IMG/VR virus record: IMGVR_UViG_3300023296_000874
Span: 186,001-250,000 of that record
Strand: one strand, 5' to 3'
DNA: 64,000 nt
Both the position numbers and the translations under genes were made by a program. The notes under the pieces were generated by a model that saw nothing but the letters and a program-made list of their open reading frames with translations, searched no databases and was not told the DNA's origin. Numbering within the stretch: the first letter of the stretch is position 1; each line of letters begins with the position of its first letter. Of the stretch, positions 53,324-61,485 are shown in pieces.

Positions 53324-53971
53324 ATGGATTACTTGGCAATCGACCACCCCACACGCGAGCTCATCTGCGGGTTGTGTAGGCAGTTCTACACGTTGGGTTG
53401 GGCATCGGGTACGGGCGGCGGCATTGCCATCAAGCACCCGACCCTCGACCAGATTCTTGTAGCTCCGTCCGGAGTTCAGAAGGAGCGGCTCCACCGCTCT
53501 GACCTGTTCGTGGTCAACCTTGAGGGCGAGGTTCTTCAATCTCCCCTGAACCCTACGCTGACGTTGAGCCAGTGCTGGCCCCTGTTCCAGCACGCCTTCG
53601 TGAAGCGCGGTGCGGGTGCCATCATCCACTCGCACCAGCAGAGTGCCGTACTGGCAAGCCTCTACACGGGCGTCGGGCGGTTTGAGCTCCGGGGTGATTT
53701 CTGTGAGATGGTGAAGGGCTTGCGTGGCAAAGGCTACCATGACTCCGTCGTCATCCCGGTCATCAACAACACGGCCCACGAATGTGACCTTGCAGACAGC
53801 CTCGGTGACGCCATGGATAGGCACCCGGACGTGGATGCGGTCCTTGTGCGGAGCCACGGCATCTATGTCTGGGGTTCTTCTTGGCAACAGGCAAAAACGC
53901 AGGCAGAGTGCTTTGACTACCTCTTCAAACTTTACGACAGGCTGAACAGCCGCGATTGGAATGGAATATGA
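53324..53971 (+). CDS. mtnB: Methylthioribulose-1-phosphate dehydratase (APIP/Mde1-like)
   Basis: GWASGTGGGIAIK, APSGVQKER, SQC.PLF, AIIHSH, PVINNT..E.DL, VLVRSHGIYVWG.SW..AKTQAECFDYLF. Confidence 0.93.
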   Translation: MDYLAIDHPTRELICGLCRQFYTLGWASGTGGGIAIKHPTLDQILVAPSGVQKERLHRSDLFVVNLEGEVLQSPLNPTLTLSQCWPLFQHAFVKRGAGAIIHSHQQSAVLASLYTGVGRFELRGDFCEMVKGLRGKGYHDSVVIPVINNTAHECDLADSLGDAMDRHPDVDAVLVRSHGIYVWGSSWQQAKTQAECFDYLFKLYDRLNSRDWNGI

Positions 53972-54432
53972 GAGACCTACAGTGGATTGAATGCAACCGA
54001 GGCGAGCTGACTGCTGGCGTGGTTGTGGCGAACGGAATCGGATACCAGTACGTTGAGGACGAGTTCGACTCGGCCTTGGACAAGGTGGCGTCCGACAACG
54101 GGTACATCCAGCGTGACATGGTGGCACTGAACTCCAGCACCGACGGGCTTGACCCCTTGCTGCAGAAGTTCTTCGAAGAGCATCGCCATGACGAGGACGA
54201 GGTACGCTTCGTGGTGGAAGGTGAGGGCACCTTTGACATCCGAGATGCAGACAACAGTACTGACGGATGGATGCGAGTCACCGTAGAGAAGGGTGACCTG
54301 GTTGTGGTTCCTGCTGGGCGCTACCACCGCTTCGCACTGACGGAGAGTCAGGACATCAAGGCAGTCCGCTTGTTCAAGCGTGCTGAGGGCTGGAAGGCTG
54401 AGTTTCGTCAAGTCGAACTGCCCTTCTCGTAA
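53968..54432 (+). CDS. mtnD: Acireductone dioxygenase
   Basis: FFEEHRHDEDEVRFVVEGEGTFDIRD, GDLVVVPAGRYHRF; ATGA overlap with mtnB. Confidence 0.93.
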   Translation: MRDLQWIECNRGELTAGVVVANGIGYQYVEDEFDSALDKVASDNGYIQRDMVALNSSTDGLDPLLQKFFEEHRHDEDEVRFVVEGEGTFDIRDADNSTDGWMRVTVEKGDLVVVPAGRYHRFALTESQDIKAVRLFKRAEGWKAEFRQVELPFS

Positions 54433-54468
54433 GTTCAGAGTGTCTCTCTTCCCAAAGGGAGCCACGTC

Positions 54469-54807
54469 ATGAGTTTGAGCATCAGTACCGAAGTCCGCAC
54501 CACCCACTCCATTGACGAAGAGGAAATGGAGAGAGTGCTCAAGGAGTACTTCGGCAAGGACGTGTCCTACGACTCTTCGGACGTTGGCGGCGACGAAAGC
54601 GGCGGCACCCTTGAGGTTGACCTCAACGAGGACACCCTCTCCAAGAGCTACGCCGCCTCGCTCGAGAGCGTCAAGCGTGACCTCGAGGCGCACCGAGAGT
54701 CCAAATGGGGCATCCAGTTCAGCGCGATTGATGAGTACCTCCAGGTGGAGGTGCAAGAGGGGCGTTTGCCCTACGGCTACTACCGGATCGAATTCTGCTG
54801 GGGATAG
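54469..54807 (+). CDS. Acidic hypothetical protein
   Basis: GGGAG RBS. Confidence 0.6.
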   Translation: MSLSISTEVRTTHSIDEEEMERVLKEYFGKDVSYDSSDVGGDESGGTLEVDLNEDTLSKSYAASLESVKRDLEAHRESKWGIQFSAIDEYLQVEVQEGRLPYGYYRIEFCWG

Positions 54808-54865
54808 CCTCTGAGTCTGTGCCGCCCTCACCGCGTTGAGGTAGTACAGCAAGGAGGCTCAGACA

Positions 54866-55051
54866 GTGACCAAACGACCCGATCCAGACCTAACCGTTGA
54901 AGTTGACGCGCGGGAACCCGCACCACGAGAAGACATCGAAGTCAACATGGCGGGAAGCCTGATTGATGAGTTGGTGAGGAACCCGCCGCCCAAGACTCCC
55001 TCTGAGGATCCGGGTGATGATCTCGTTGTACTCCTGAAGCCCAAGGAGTAG
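54866..55051 (+). CDS. Small hypothetical protein
   Basis: AAGGAGG RBS before GTG. Confidence 0.5.
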   Translation: MTKRPDPDLTVEVDAREPAPREDIEVNMAGSLIDELVRNPPPKTPSEDPGDDLVVLLKPKE

Positions 55052-55055
55052 CATC

Positions 55056-56300
55056 ATGGCAAAAACCGGCAGAACCCGTGGAGCACGCAGCGGACGCACC
55101 GTCAAGGTGGTTGGCGTCTGGGAATGCGACTCGTGCGGCAACAAGTACCCAGGCACAACTCGCGAGTGTCCCCGTGGTTGCGGGAGCCCCCGTGAGTTGG
55201 AGGAGCTCCAGAAGCTCGCTCTGCCTGATGGACCTCTCAAGGCGGCTTCAGCAGCAGACACAGCGGACTTGAGCCACGGACAGGACAAGCACTGCCCCTA
55301 CTGCGGACGCGGAATGCGTGCCGACAACACCAACTGCGGTTCATGTGTGGGTAGCCTCGAGGAGGCTTCAACCTCACGGCCCGAGAGCGCGCCTGTGCGT
55401 AGCGCCTCTCCTCCACCCCCACGCCGGGCCACTACTCCTCCCCCCGTACCGACTCCGCGCCACAGCGCACCGAGAGCCGGTGGTGGCAAGCGCCACCTCT
55501 CCTACATCCAGCGCCCCGGTGGACCTGATCCGAGCAGTGGTGGAGGTGATGACGGAGGCTTCGGACGCATCTTCGCGGGCCTCGGAATTGTGATGGCGAT
55601 CATCGCCTTCATTGGCCTGCTTGTGTGGGGCTTCACGGCTCACGAGGTGGACGGACAGGTTGCATCTTTGACCGGCACCTCCACGGCTCAGGAGTACAAC
55701 TGGACGCAACGTAGCGACTCGGATTGGGCGCGCAACCTCCGTGACTCGAGCAGCTACTCCCCTTCCAACGGGAAGAACTCCGGCGAGCGTGCGGGTGAGG
55801 ACGTCGGCTACTGCCGCATGAAGGAAGACCCGAGCGACACCTACGTGTGTGGCACGACCACTCAAACGGTGCCCGACGTGTGCGTGTGGGTAGACACCAC
55901 GAGCATCGACCAGAGCTCCTGTACAGATGACGGTGCTGGGGGGTTCAACTGCGGCTACATCCAAGCGGAGGATTGCACGGCTCAGCCTGACATCATCGTG
56001 GATGTGATGTGCAACCGAGAGCATCGGTACTGCGACTACACGTACTACGCCTGGGCAAGCGGGACCAACCACAGAGTGACCTTCACCGGCCACACCATCA
56101 ACGATCCGACCGCCCGGACCAGCGGCACGCGCCATGTGGACTCCCCGCGCCGGATTTACACGGTGGGCGTGAGCTACATGGATGGTGCCGAGGTTGGATC
56201 AGGCTCCATCAACGTAGAACGCGCCGACTACCTGAACAGGAACGTTGGAGACACCGTACCTGTGATGCTCAACAACTTCGGCAGCGTTAGCTTCCAGTAG
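55056..56300 (+). CDS. Membrane protein: cytoplasmic double Zn-ribbon, Pro linker, TM helix, Cys-rich external domain
   Basis: WECDSC...CPRGC, HCPYC...CGSC; IFAGLGIVMAIIAFIGLLVWGF; multiple C-terminal Cys. Confidence 0.7.
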   Translation: MAKTGRTRGARSGRTVKVVGVWECDSCGNKYPGTTRECPRGCGSPRELEELQKLALPDGPLKAASAADTADLSHGQDKHCPYCGRGMRADNTNCGSCVGSLEEASTSRPESAPVRSASPPPPRRATTPPPVPTPRHSAPRAGGGKRHLSYIQRPGGPDPSSGGGDDGGFGRIFAGLGIVMAIIAFIGLLVWGFTAHEVDGQVASLTGTSTAQEYNWTQRSDSDWARNLRDSSSYSPSNGKNSGERAGEDVGYCRMKEDPSDTYVCGTTTQTVPDVCVWVDTTSIDQSSCTDDGAGGFNCGYIQAEDCTAQPDIIVDVMCNREHRYCDYTYYAWASGTNHRVTFTGHTINDPTARTSGTRHVDSPRRIYTVGVSYMDGAEVGSGSINVERADYLNRNVGDTVPVMLNNFGSVSFQ

Positions 56301-56307
56301 GACAGAC

Positions 56308-57435
56308 ATGGAACCCGTAACGATCATCCTTCTCACCATCGGCGGCATCGGCTCCCTCCTCGCGGCGGGAGCGGGTGGTGTAGCGGTGGGCGTAGCTGGG
56401 GCAAAAGCCTCAATGCCCGAGCCCGAGCCCGTGGACTCTGACCCGGTTGGGGCCATCCGTCTTCAGGAAGACCTCGACTACGCCCAGCGTCGGTTGGCGG
56501 ATGCTCATGAAGACCTGGCGCGTGCCGGGGGTGACCGGGACCGCTACAGGACGATGGCTGAATCTCACGACATTCACATGCCGGAGGTAGCCGAGACTCA
56601 GATGGTGGAACGGAGCGTGTGGAAAGACCGCCGCTACCGTGCCCACCCACGAGACATCCTCACCAACCTCGCAACGGACCTGGAGGAGTACGCAGGATCT
56701 GACCTCACGCTCACCATCTCCATCTCAGGCAAGGGTGGCTGGGCAGACCATCTCAAGGAGCGATGGTTCAAGACCGAGAGCCAGCGTGATCGCTACGGGC
56801 ACTACAAGGAAGTGAAGGTGCCCATCAAGGAGATCAAGGGATTCACCTTCGAGGGACCGCCAGACCGAGTGATCGACCACCTCCGCACCCTCCTCACGGA
56901 TGACGACACGGGCCTCGTGACCGTTGCGGCGGTTGACTGTATGGACACTGCGTCAGGCTCCGACCGATTCGTAGGCCCGACCGACAAGATTGCCCTCGCG
57001 GGCAAGCCTTCCGCCAGGAAGGCGACCGTGGTGCCTCAGGCGAAGTTCTGGAGGGACTCCGACTCCCCGCTCCTCGTGAAGGCGAAGCTCACCGTGCGCG
57101 AAGAGGTGAAATCCCCACCCGCGCCGGAGGTGCAGATCGTTGAGGTGCTGGTGGTTCAGGAGCGCATTGTGGAGCGCATCGTTGAGAAGCCGGTGATTGT
57201 GGCCGTGCCCTCCGGTACGGAGCAGGACTTGTGCGGCCACACCCGCGAGGAGATCTCAGACCTCATCTCCGTAGAGCTTGAGCTTGCTCAGCTTGAGGGC
57301 GGACTCAAGCGAGTAGCGACGGCCTCACTCGCAAGAGCGGAGGCCGAAGTAGAGGCGGCACGCCCGGCTGATGATGTAGACGAGAGGCTCAGGAGGGCTC
57401 GGGCAGCGTCCCTTGCTCGGCAGCCTGGATCCTGA
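56308..57435 (+). CDS. N-terminally anchored membrane protein with coiled coils
   Basis: Hydrophobic N-terminus; heptad segments. Confidence 0.6.
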   Translation: MEPVTIILLTIGGIGSLLAAGAGGVAVGVAGAKASMPEPEPVDSDPVGAIRLQEDLDYAQRRLADAHEDLARAGGDRDRYRTMAESHDIHMPEVAETQMVERSVWKDRRYRAHPRDILTNLATDLEEYAGSDLTLTISISGKGGWADHLKERWFKTESQRDRYGHYKEVKVPIKEIKGFTFEGPPDRVIDHLRTLLTDDDTGLVTVAAVDCMDTASGSDRFVGPTDKIALAGKPSARKATVVPQAKFWRDSDSPLLVKAKLTVREEVKSPPAPEVQIVEVLVVQERIVERIVEKPVIVAVPSGTEQDLCGHTREEISDLISVELELAQLEGGLKRVATASLARAEAEVEAARPADDVDERLRRARAASLARQPGS

Positions 57436-58015
57436 TGAGTAGATCCGGCGTGTAGCGATCCGCCAACAGCAAGGAGGCGGAAGGCAACGCGCGGGTTTCA
57501 GCCTGGAGCTGCTCCTCATCATCCATGAGGATCGCGGCACGGCTGTGAACCGTAGGCCCGGATTCCACAACTGGGGGCTCGAGGTACGGCTCCGGGTTCG
57601 TGTTGGCGAGGCTCTGCCAGTGCGCCATGACTCCGGGGTGTACGCCGCTACGGGACTCGTCGATGAGTTCCTGAGCGCGCTCCTTCATCCACGGTGCCCA
57701 CGAGGCCTCGTACTCAGTCACCTTCTCCGCAGCAGTTCCGTACTGCGGATACATGAACTGGTCAGCGGAGAGGATGGCGAAAGGTCCCTTCAGGGAGCGG
57801 ACGCCACGCATGAAGCTCAGCCCGGCCCAACCCGCCTGGAAGCCGCTGTTACCCATCTGGCCCGCGCCGTAGTTGAACGCTGCCTGGGCAATGAGACCCA
57901 AGGCCGCTGCCGAGGTGTTGTAGTCGTGAGGGTGCTCGATGGCGCTCTTGACGTAGGCGAGGAATTCAGCCTCCGTCTCGGGCCACGGTGCAGGAGCTTC
58001 TGGGTCAAACGGCAT
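57389..58015 (-). CDS. Hypothetical protein
   Basis: GGAG RBS before ATG 58015; HDY.TS...SGFQAG pattern seen in phage hypotheticals. Confidence 0.6.
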   Translation of the reverse strand: MPFDPEAPAPWPETEAEFLAYVKSAIEHPHDYNTSAAALGLIAQAAFNYGAGQMGNSGFQAGWAGLSFMRGVRSLKGPFAILSADQFMYPQYGTAAEKVTEYEASWAPWMKERAQELIDESRSGVHPGVMAHWQSLANTNPEPYLEPPVVESGPTVHSRAAILMDDEEQLQAETRALPSASLLLADRYTPDLLIRIQAAEQGTLPEPS

Positions 58016-58065
58016 CAAGGTTCTCCGGGTAGGAAGGTACCCATCAAACACCAAGAACCATCAAG

Positions 58066-58632
58066 TCACCTTTCGAGAGCTACCTTCTTGCCGTGGTTGC
58101 GCTCATCCTTCACCCAACGCCAGAAGCGTCCGATGGGGAACGCTTTGTGCTCACCCTCGCGGTAGAAGCCCGGTCGAGGGTAGTGCTTCTTGTAGGCCCC
58201 GATGGCTTCCTCTACAGAGTCGAAGCCGATCATCACCTTGTCCTCATCGAACCCGCCGTCAGGCATGTGCTGGTGAATGACAAGCACGAGTGAGCTGTCG
58301 TGGTTGGGGCCAACGTACACGTCAAGCAGGTCGCCGTCTGTGGCCTCTGTCCCCCTGATCTCGCCGTAGTGGTGGTGCATGTAGCGCCTCCACTTCTTGC
58401 CTTCAGGGTTGGTCTTCTCGCGGTACTGTCCGGCCTTGACCTCAATGTCAATCTCAAGCCCTTGGAAGTCCACGTAGCCAACGAACGGCTTCTTCTTGGC
58501 TGGCTCGACCTTCACCTTGTGGAACGAGTGCGGCACCTCAACGATGCCATCGTCAGAGGCTACACGCGCGGGACTCAGACGCATCCGAGCCGCCACGTTC
58601 GCAAGGTGGTTGATTGTGTCCTGGGTTACCAT
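58066..58632 (-). CDS. InPase-domain (inorganic pyrophosphatase-like) protein
   Basis: GLEIDIE..AG..R....GKKW...M..HYGEI.GT...DGD.LDVYVGP ... FDEDKVMIGF.S.EEA..AY. Confidence 0.75.
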   Translation of the reverse strand: MVTQDTINHLANVAARMRLSPARVASDDGIVEVPHSFHKVKVEPAKKKPFVGYVDFQGLEIDIEVKAGQYREKTNPEGKKWRRYMHHHYGEIRGTEATDGDLLDVYVGPNHDSSLVLVIHQHMPDGGFDEDKVMIGFDSVEEAIGAYKKHYPRPGFYREGEHKAFPIGRFWRWVKDERNHGKKVALER

Positions 58633-61007
58633 TCGTCCACCTCGATCTCATCCTCATCGTCAAATTCATCATCCTCATCGTCGTAGCCGTCGTCATTGAC
58701 GTGGTACTCAACGCGGTAGGCGCTCTCTGCTGAGGCGCTCCAATGCGCAATGCTGTTGCCAGCCTCTTGTGAGGACTCACGGTAGGCGAGTTCATTGTGT
58801 CGCTCGCTCCGCACGTCAGGGAACACCATGTCTGCCATGTGCCGGTCCCTTTCACTGTCGACGCCATGTACCTGGCCGTAGGTCGGTGGAGCCTTCTTGG
58901 GGAGTGCGGCTTGTACCTCGCGCCAGTTGTCCTTCACCCACTGCATGATCATGCTGCCGGGGATTTCCTTCTTGGTCCGCTTGCGGAGTTGAAGGTTGAT
59001 GCGTGAGCTGAAGCTCTTGCCGTCAACATACTCGTACTCCACGGTAGCGCTCAACACCTTGCGGATCACATCGTCGGGGCTGATCTTCCCGAGCATCAGC
59101 TCCTTGACGTAGGGGTCAAGAGCGCGCAAGCCCTTGTTCATCATCCGTCGCAGGTACTTGTCCAGCAGGCTCACCATCCCGCGCGGGGTCTTGGCAAAGT
59201 CGTCCTGGCCGAGGGTGCTCACGGTGTACTTCTTGTCCTCGAAGCTCACCTTCACCTCAAGCATCTTCAGGGCCTTCCACGAGTCCTCGCCACCGTCAGG
59301 GTCAAACTCGCCCTGGAGAGTGTACTCACCGCTGGCAATGGACCCCCACTCATTCCAGGTGATGTCAGCGCCGGGCAGGATGTTGATCACGGAGTGCTTC
59401 GCAGCTTTCACAGCCACCGCAATCGCGGCCATATGCGCCGGGTCAGGCTTGCCCCGTGATCCAGAAATAGTCGCAATGCCCTCCGGAGTAAGTAGTGCGA
59501 GAACCTGCTTGAACACCTTGCGGCCATCAGGCATGTCCTTCTGTCTCCGGAACAGGTCCTTCATTCCGCGTGTTCCAGCAACGTTCGGGTACACAAGGCA
59601 GTCTCGAGTCTTGCTCGCGTTTGACCACCCGCCCACTTCCATCTTCACGATGGTGTACTTGCCTACCTTGAGCCGGTGGTCCACTACGGACCCCATGGAG
59701 ATGCTGCTGTCAATGTGGATGTTCGCCCGCCTCCACTTCTTCTGGAACAGGTTCTCCAGCTCAATCATCCAAGGCTCTGGAGTGGTGGATACCTGACTCC
59801 CGTAGTACGTGGCGAGCTTGGCAATCTTGGCAGAGGCAACGCGGGGATTCTTGAACCGGAAGGGACGTCCCTTCCACTTGGCAGCCATGAGGCGGCGGAT
59901 GGCGACGTAGTTGGGTCCGAGGAACGCCCGGATCTCAGCCTTCACCTGGCCGAAGTTGCGCTGCACGTACCGGATGTTGCCCCATGTCCTCTTCTTGCGG
60001 AGGATCTCCTTGATCAGCTTCTTCCCGTCCTTGGGGCCAGTGCTCTCAAGGAGCTTCACGCCGATGTTGTTCGGGAACCAGTCCGGGTGGCCGTAGGTCT
60101 CGCCGTTCACGGTCACTGAGTAGAGGCCAGGGTTTTTGGCCCAGGCGCGGTAGCCCTCGGTGCGTCCCTTCATGAACTCGGAGAAGCGCCGTCCAAGCAC
60201 CTCCATTCCCTTGACGATGTCCTTCGGGCTGCTTGGATCGTAGAGGAAGTCGAACGGCATGGTCACGCCGCGCAACGAGCCTATGCCCTTCTGGTAGAGC
60301 TCAGGGGCGTCCTTCTCGAGGTTGAAGCCCGTGGGAGGCTTCTTGATCTCGTTCATCCAGACGGTGTCGTCCTTGCCCCGTCCCTTCTCATCACGCTGAC
60401 GCTTGGTGGGGAGATCAACGAGGTAGGAGCTCAGGTTCGAGGCGTCCACAATGGGAGGCTGTCCGTCGAACCTCATGTCGCCGTGGTGTAGCCCGCGCTG
60501 GATGCTGTAGTCGATTGGGTGTGTGGGAGCAAGCTGCTTGAGGACGGCCTTGTTCCGGATGCCCTTTCCCTGCCATACACCACGCCCGGAGATGCACTGC
60601 TCAAGCTTCCGCTTCACATGCCGTCCAGATACCCTTCCACCTCGAGCAACGAAGACGTGCTGCTCAGCCAGGTCAACGGCGGTGAATTGAGCCAGGGTCC
60701 ACTTCCCCATCTCTGCGAACAGCTTGAGCCAGTCGAGTACCACCATGACGTCAACGTCCGAGGTGTCGTTCCACTGGTAGGAGGCCGCACCGCCCTGAAT
60801 GCCCATTGCAAGCACCCAATCACTGACTGGTCCGGGCCATCCCTGCTGCTCAAGGTACTCGTAGAACTCGCCCTCAAGGCGGTCAAGGACTTCCTCTTTG
60901 ACGTAGGCGAGCTTCCGACGATCGTCCCAAGCCCACAGCCAATCCATGCGGTTGTCCAATACCGGGTCAAACACTCCGGCAGTACGGAACAGGTGGTCAA
61001 TGCTCAT
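58626..61007 (-). CDS. Multidomain protein with N-terminal Pol-beta-superfamily nucleotidyltransferase
   Basis: IQGGAASYQWNDTSDVDVMV = hG[GS]x10DhD. Confidence 0.65.
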   Translation of the reverse strand: MSIDHLFRTAGVFDPVLDNRMDWLWAWDDRRKLAYVKEEVLDRLEGEFYEYLEQQGWPGPVSDWVLAMGIQGGAASYQWNDTSDVDVMVVLDWLKLFAEMGKWTLAQFTAVDLAEQHVFVARGGRVSGRHVKRKLEQCISGRGVWQGKGIRNKAVLKQLAPTHPIDYSIQRGLHHGDMRFDGQPPIVDASNLSSYLVDLPTKRQRDEKGRGKDDTVWMNEIKKPPTGFNLEKDAPELYQKGIGSLRGVTMPFDFLYDPSSPKDIVKGMEVLGRRFSEFMKGRTEGYRAWAKNPGLYSVTVNGETYGHPDWFPNNIGVKLLESTGPKDGKKLIKEILRKKRTWGNIRYVQRNFGQVKAEIRAFLGPNYVAIRRLMAAKWKGRPFRFKNPRVASAKIAKLATYYGSQVSTTPEPWMIELENLFQKKWRRANIHIDSSISMGSVVDHRLKVGKYTIVKMEVGGWSNASKTRDCLVYPNVAGTRGMKDLFRRQKDMPDGRKVFKQVLALLTPEGIATISGSRGKPDPAHMAAIAVAVKAAKHSVINILPGADITWNEWGSIASGEYTLQGEFDPDGGEDSWKALKMLEVKVSFEDKKYTVSTLGQDDFAKTPRGMVSLLDKYLRRMMNKGLRALDPYVKELMLGKISPDDVIRKVLSATVEYEYVDGKSFSSRINLQLRKRTKKEIPGSMIMQWVKDNWREVQAALPKKAPPTYGQVHGVDSERDRHMADMVFPDVRSERHNELAYRESSQEAGNSIAHWSASAESAYRVEYHVNDDGYDDEDDEFDDEDEIEVDEW

Positions 61008-61444
61008 CGGTTCTCTCCGAAGTGTGCGCCGCCGAGGGTCTGCTGTAGGAGCCGCTCGATGGCGTCAAGCTGTCGGCTCAGATGGAGCGCGGCAGGCTCC
61101 ATCCTCTCATCGCGTGCGTGAATGCCCAAGGCCAGTACGTGCTTGCACGGTCCAACACGGCGTCCATTCCTCTGCCAATCTTCACAGGTGCAGAGGTGTC
61201 CGCGTCGGGGGCGTAGGGTGATGTGAGGAGTGTAGATGTCGCCCTGGGAGCCTACGATGTCTCCCCAGATGCGGTCGTCATCGTACTGTAGGTTCCGGAT
61301 GCGGATCTGATCCACCCGGCCCAACCGACGCTTCTCTCCAACCTCAATGAGGCGGTCGAGGGTCTCACGATGAACGCTAACGAGTCCTGCCCACTCTCGT
61401 ACTTGCTCGAGTAGCTGCGGGATGGTGTCCTGAAGCTCTGGCAT
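61004..61444 (-). CDS. SWIM zinc-finger protein
   Basis: Y.PHI....HLCTCEDW....GPCKHVLAL. Confidence 0.75.
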   Translation of the reverse strand: MPELQDTIPQLLEQVREWAGLVSVHRETLDRLIEVGEKRRLGRVDQIRIRNLQYDDDRIWGDIVGSQGDIYTPHITLRPRRGHLCTCEDWQRNGRRVGPCKHVLALGIHARDERMEPAALHLSRQLDAIERLLQQTLGGAHFGENR

Positions 61445-61469
61445 GGGACCTCCTTACGAGGGACAGCCC

Positions 61470-61485
61470 CCACAAAAGGATTATG
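61470..61485 (-). promoter_or_regulatory. Conserved 16-bp motif (putative late promoter)
   Basis: ccacaaaaggattatg, 26 nt upstream of 61444; contains the asnB TAA. Confidence 0.7.

Noticed and set aside
2856-54127. Long antisense ORFs (e.g. 2856..4013, 6011..7078, 31912..33177, 33084..34454, 35043..36320, 40985..41941, 43779..45104, 52796..54127)
   Set aside because: They mirror well-supported genes on the opposite strand. This is the expected shadow of high-GC third-position bias, and they carry no motifs or RBS.
29493-61485. Idea that the 16-bp motif is only a stop-codon context
   Set aside because: It contains the upstream gene's stop in only 3 of 15 cases (13608, 29504, 61481); the other copies do not contain an upstream stop.
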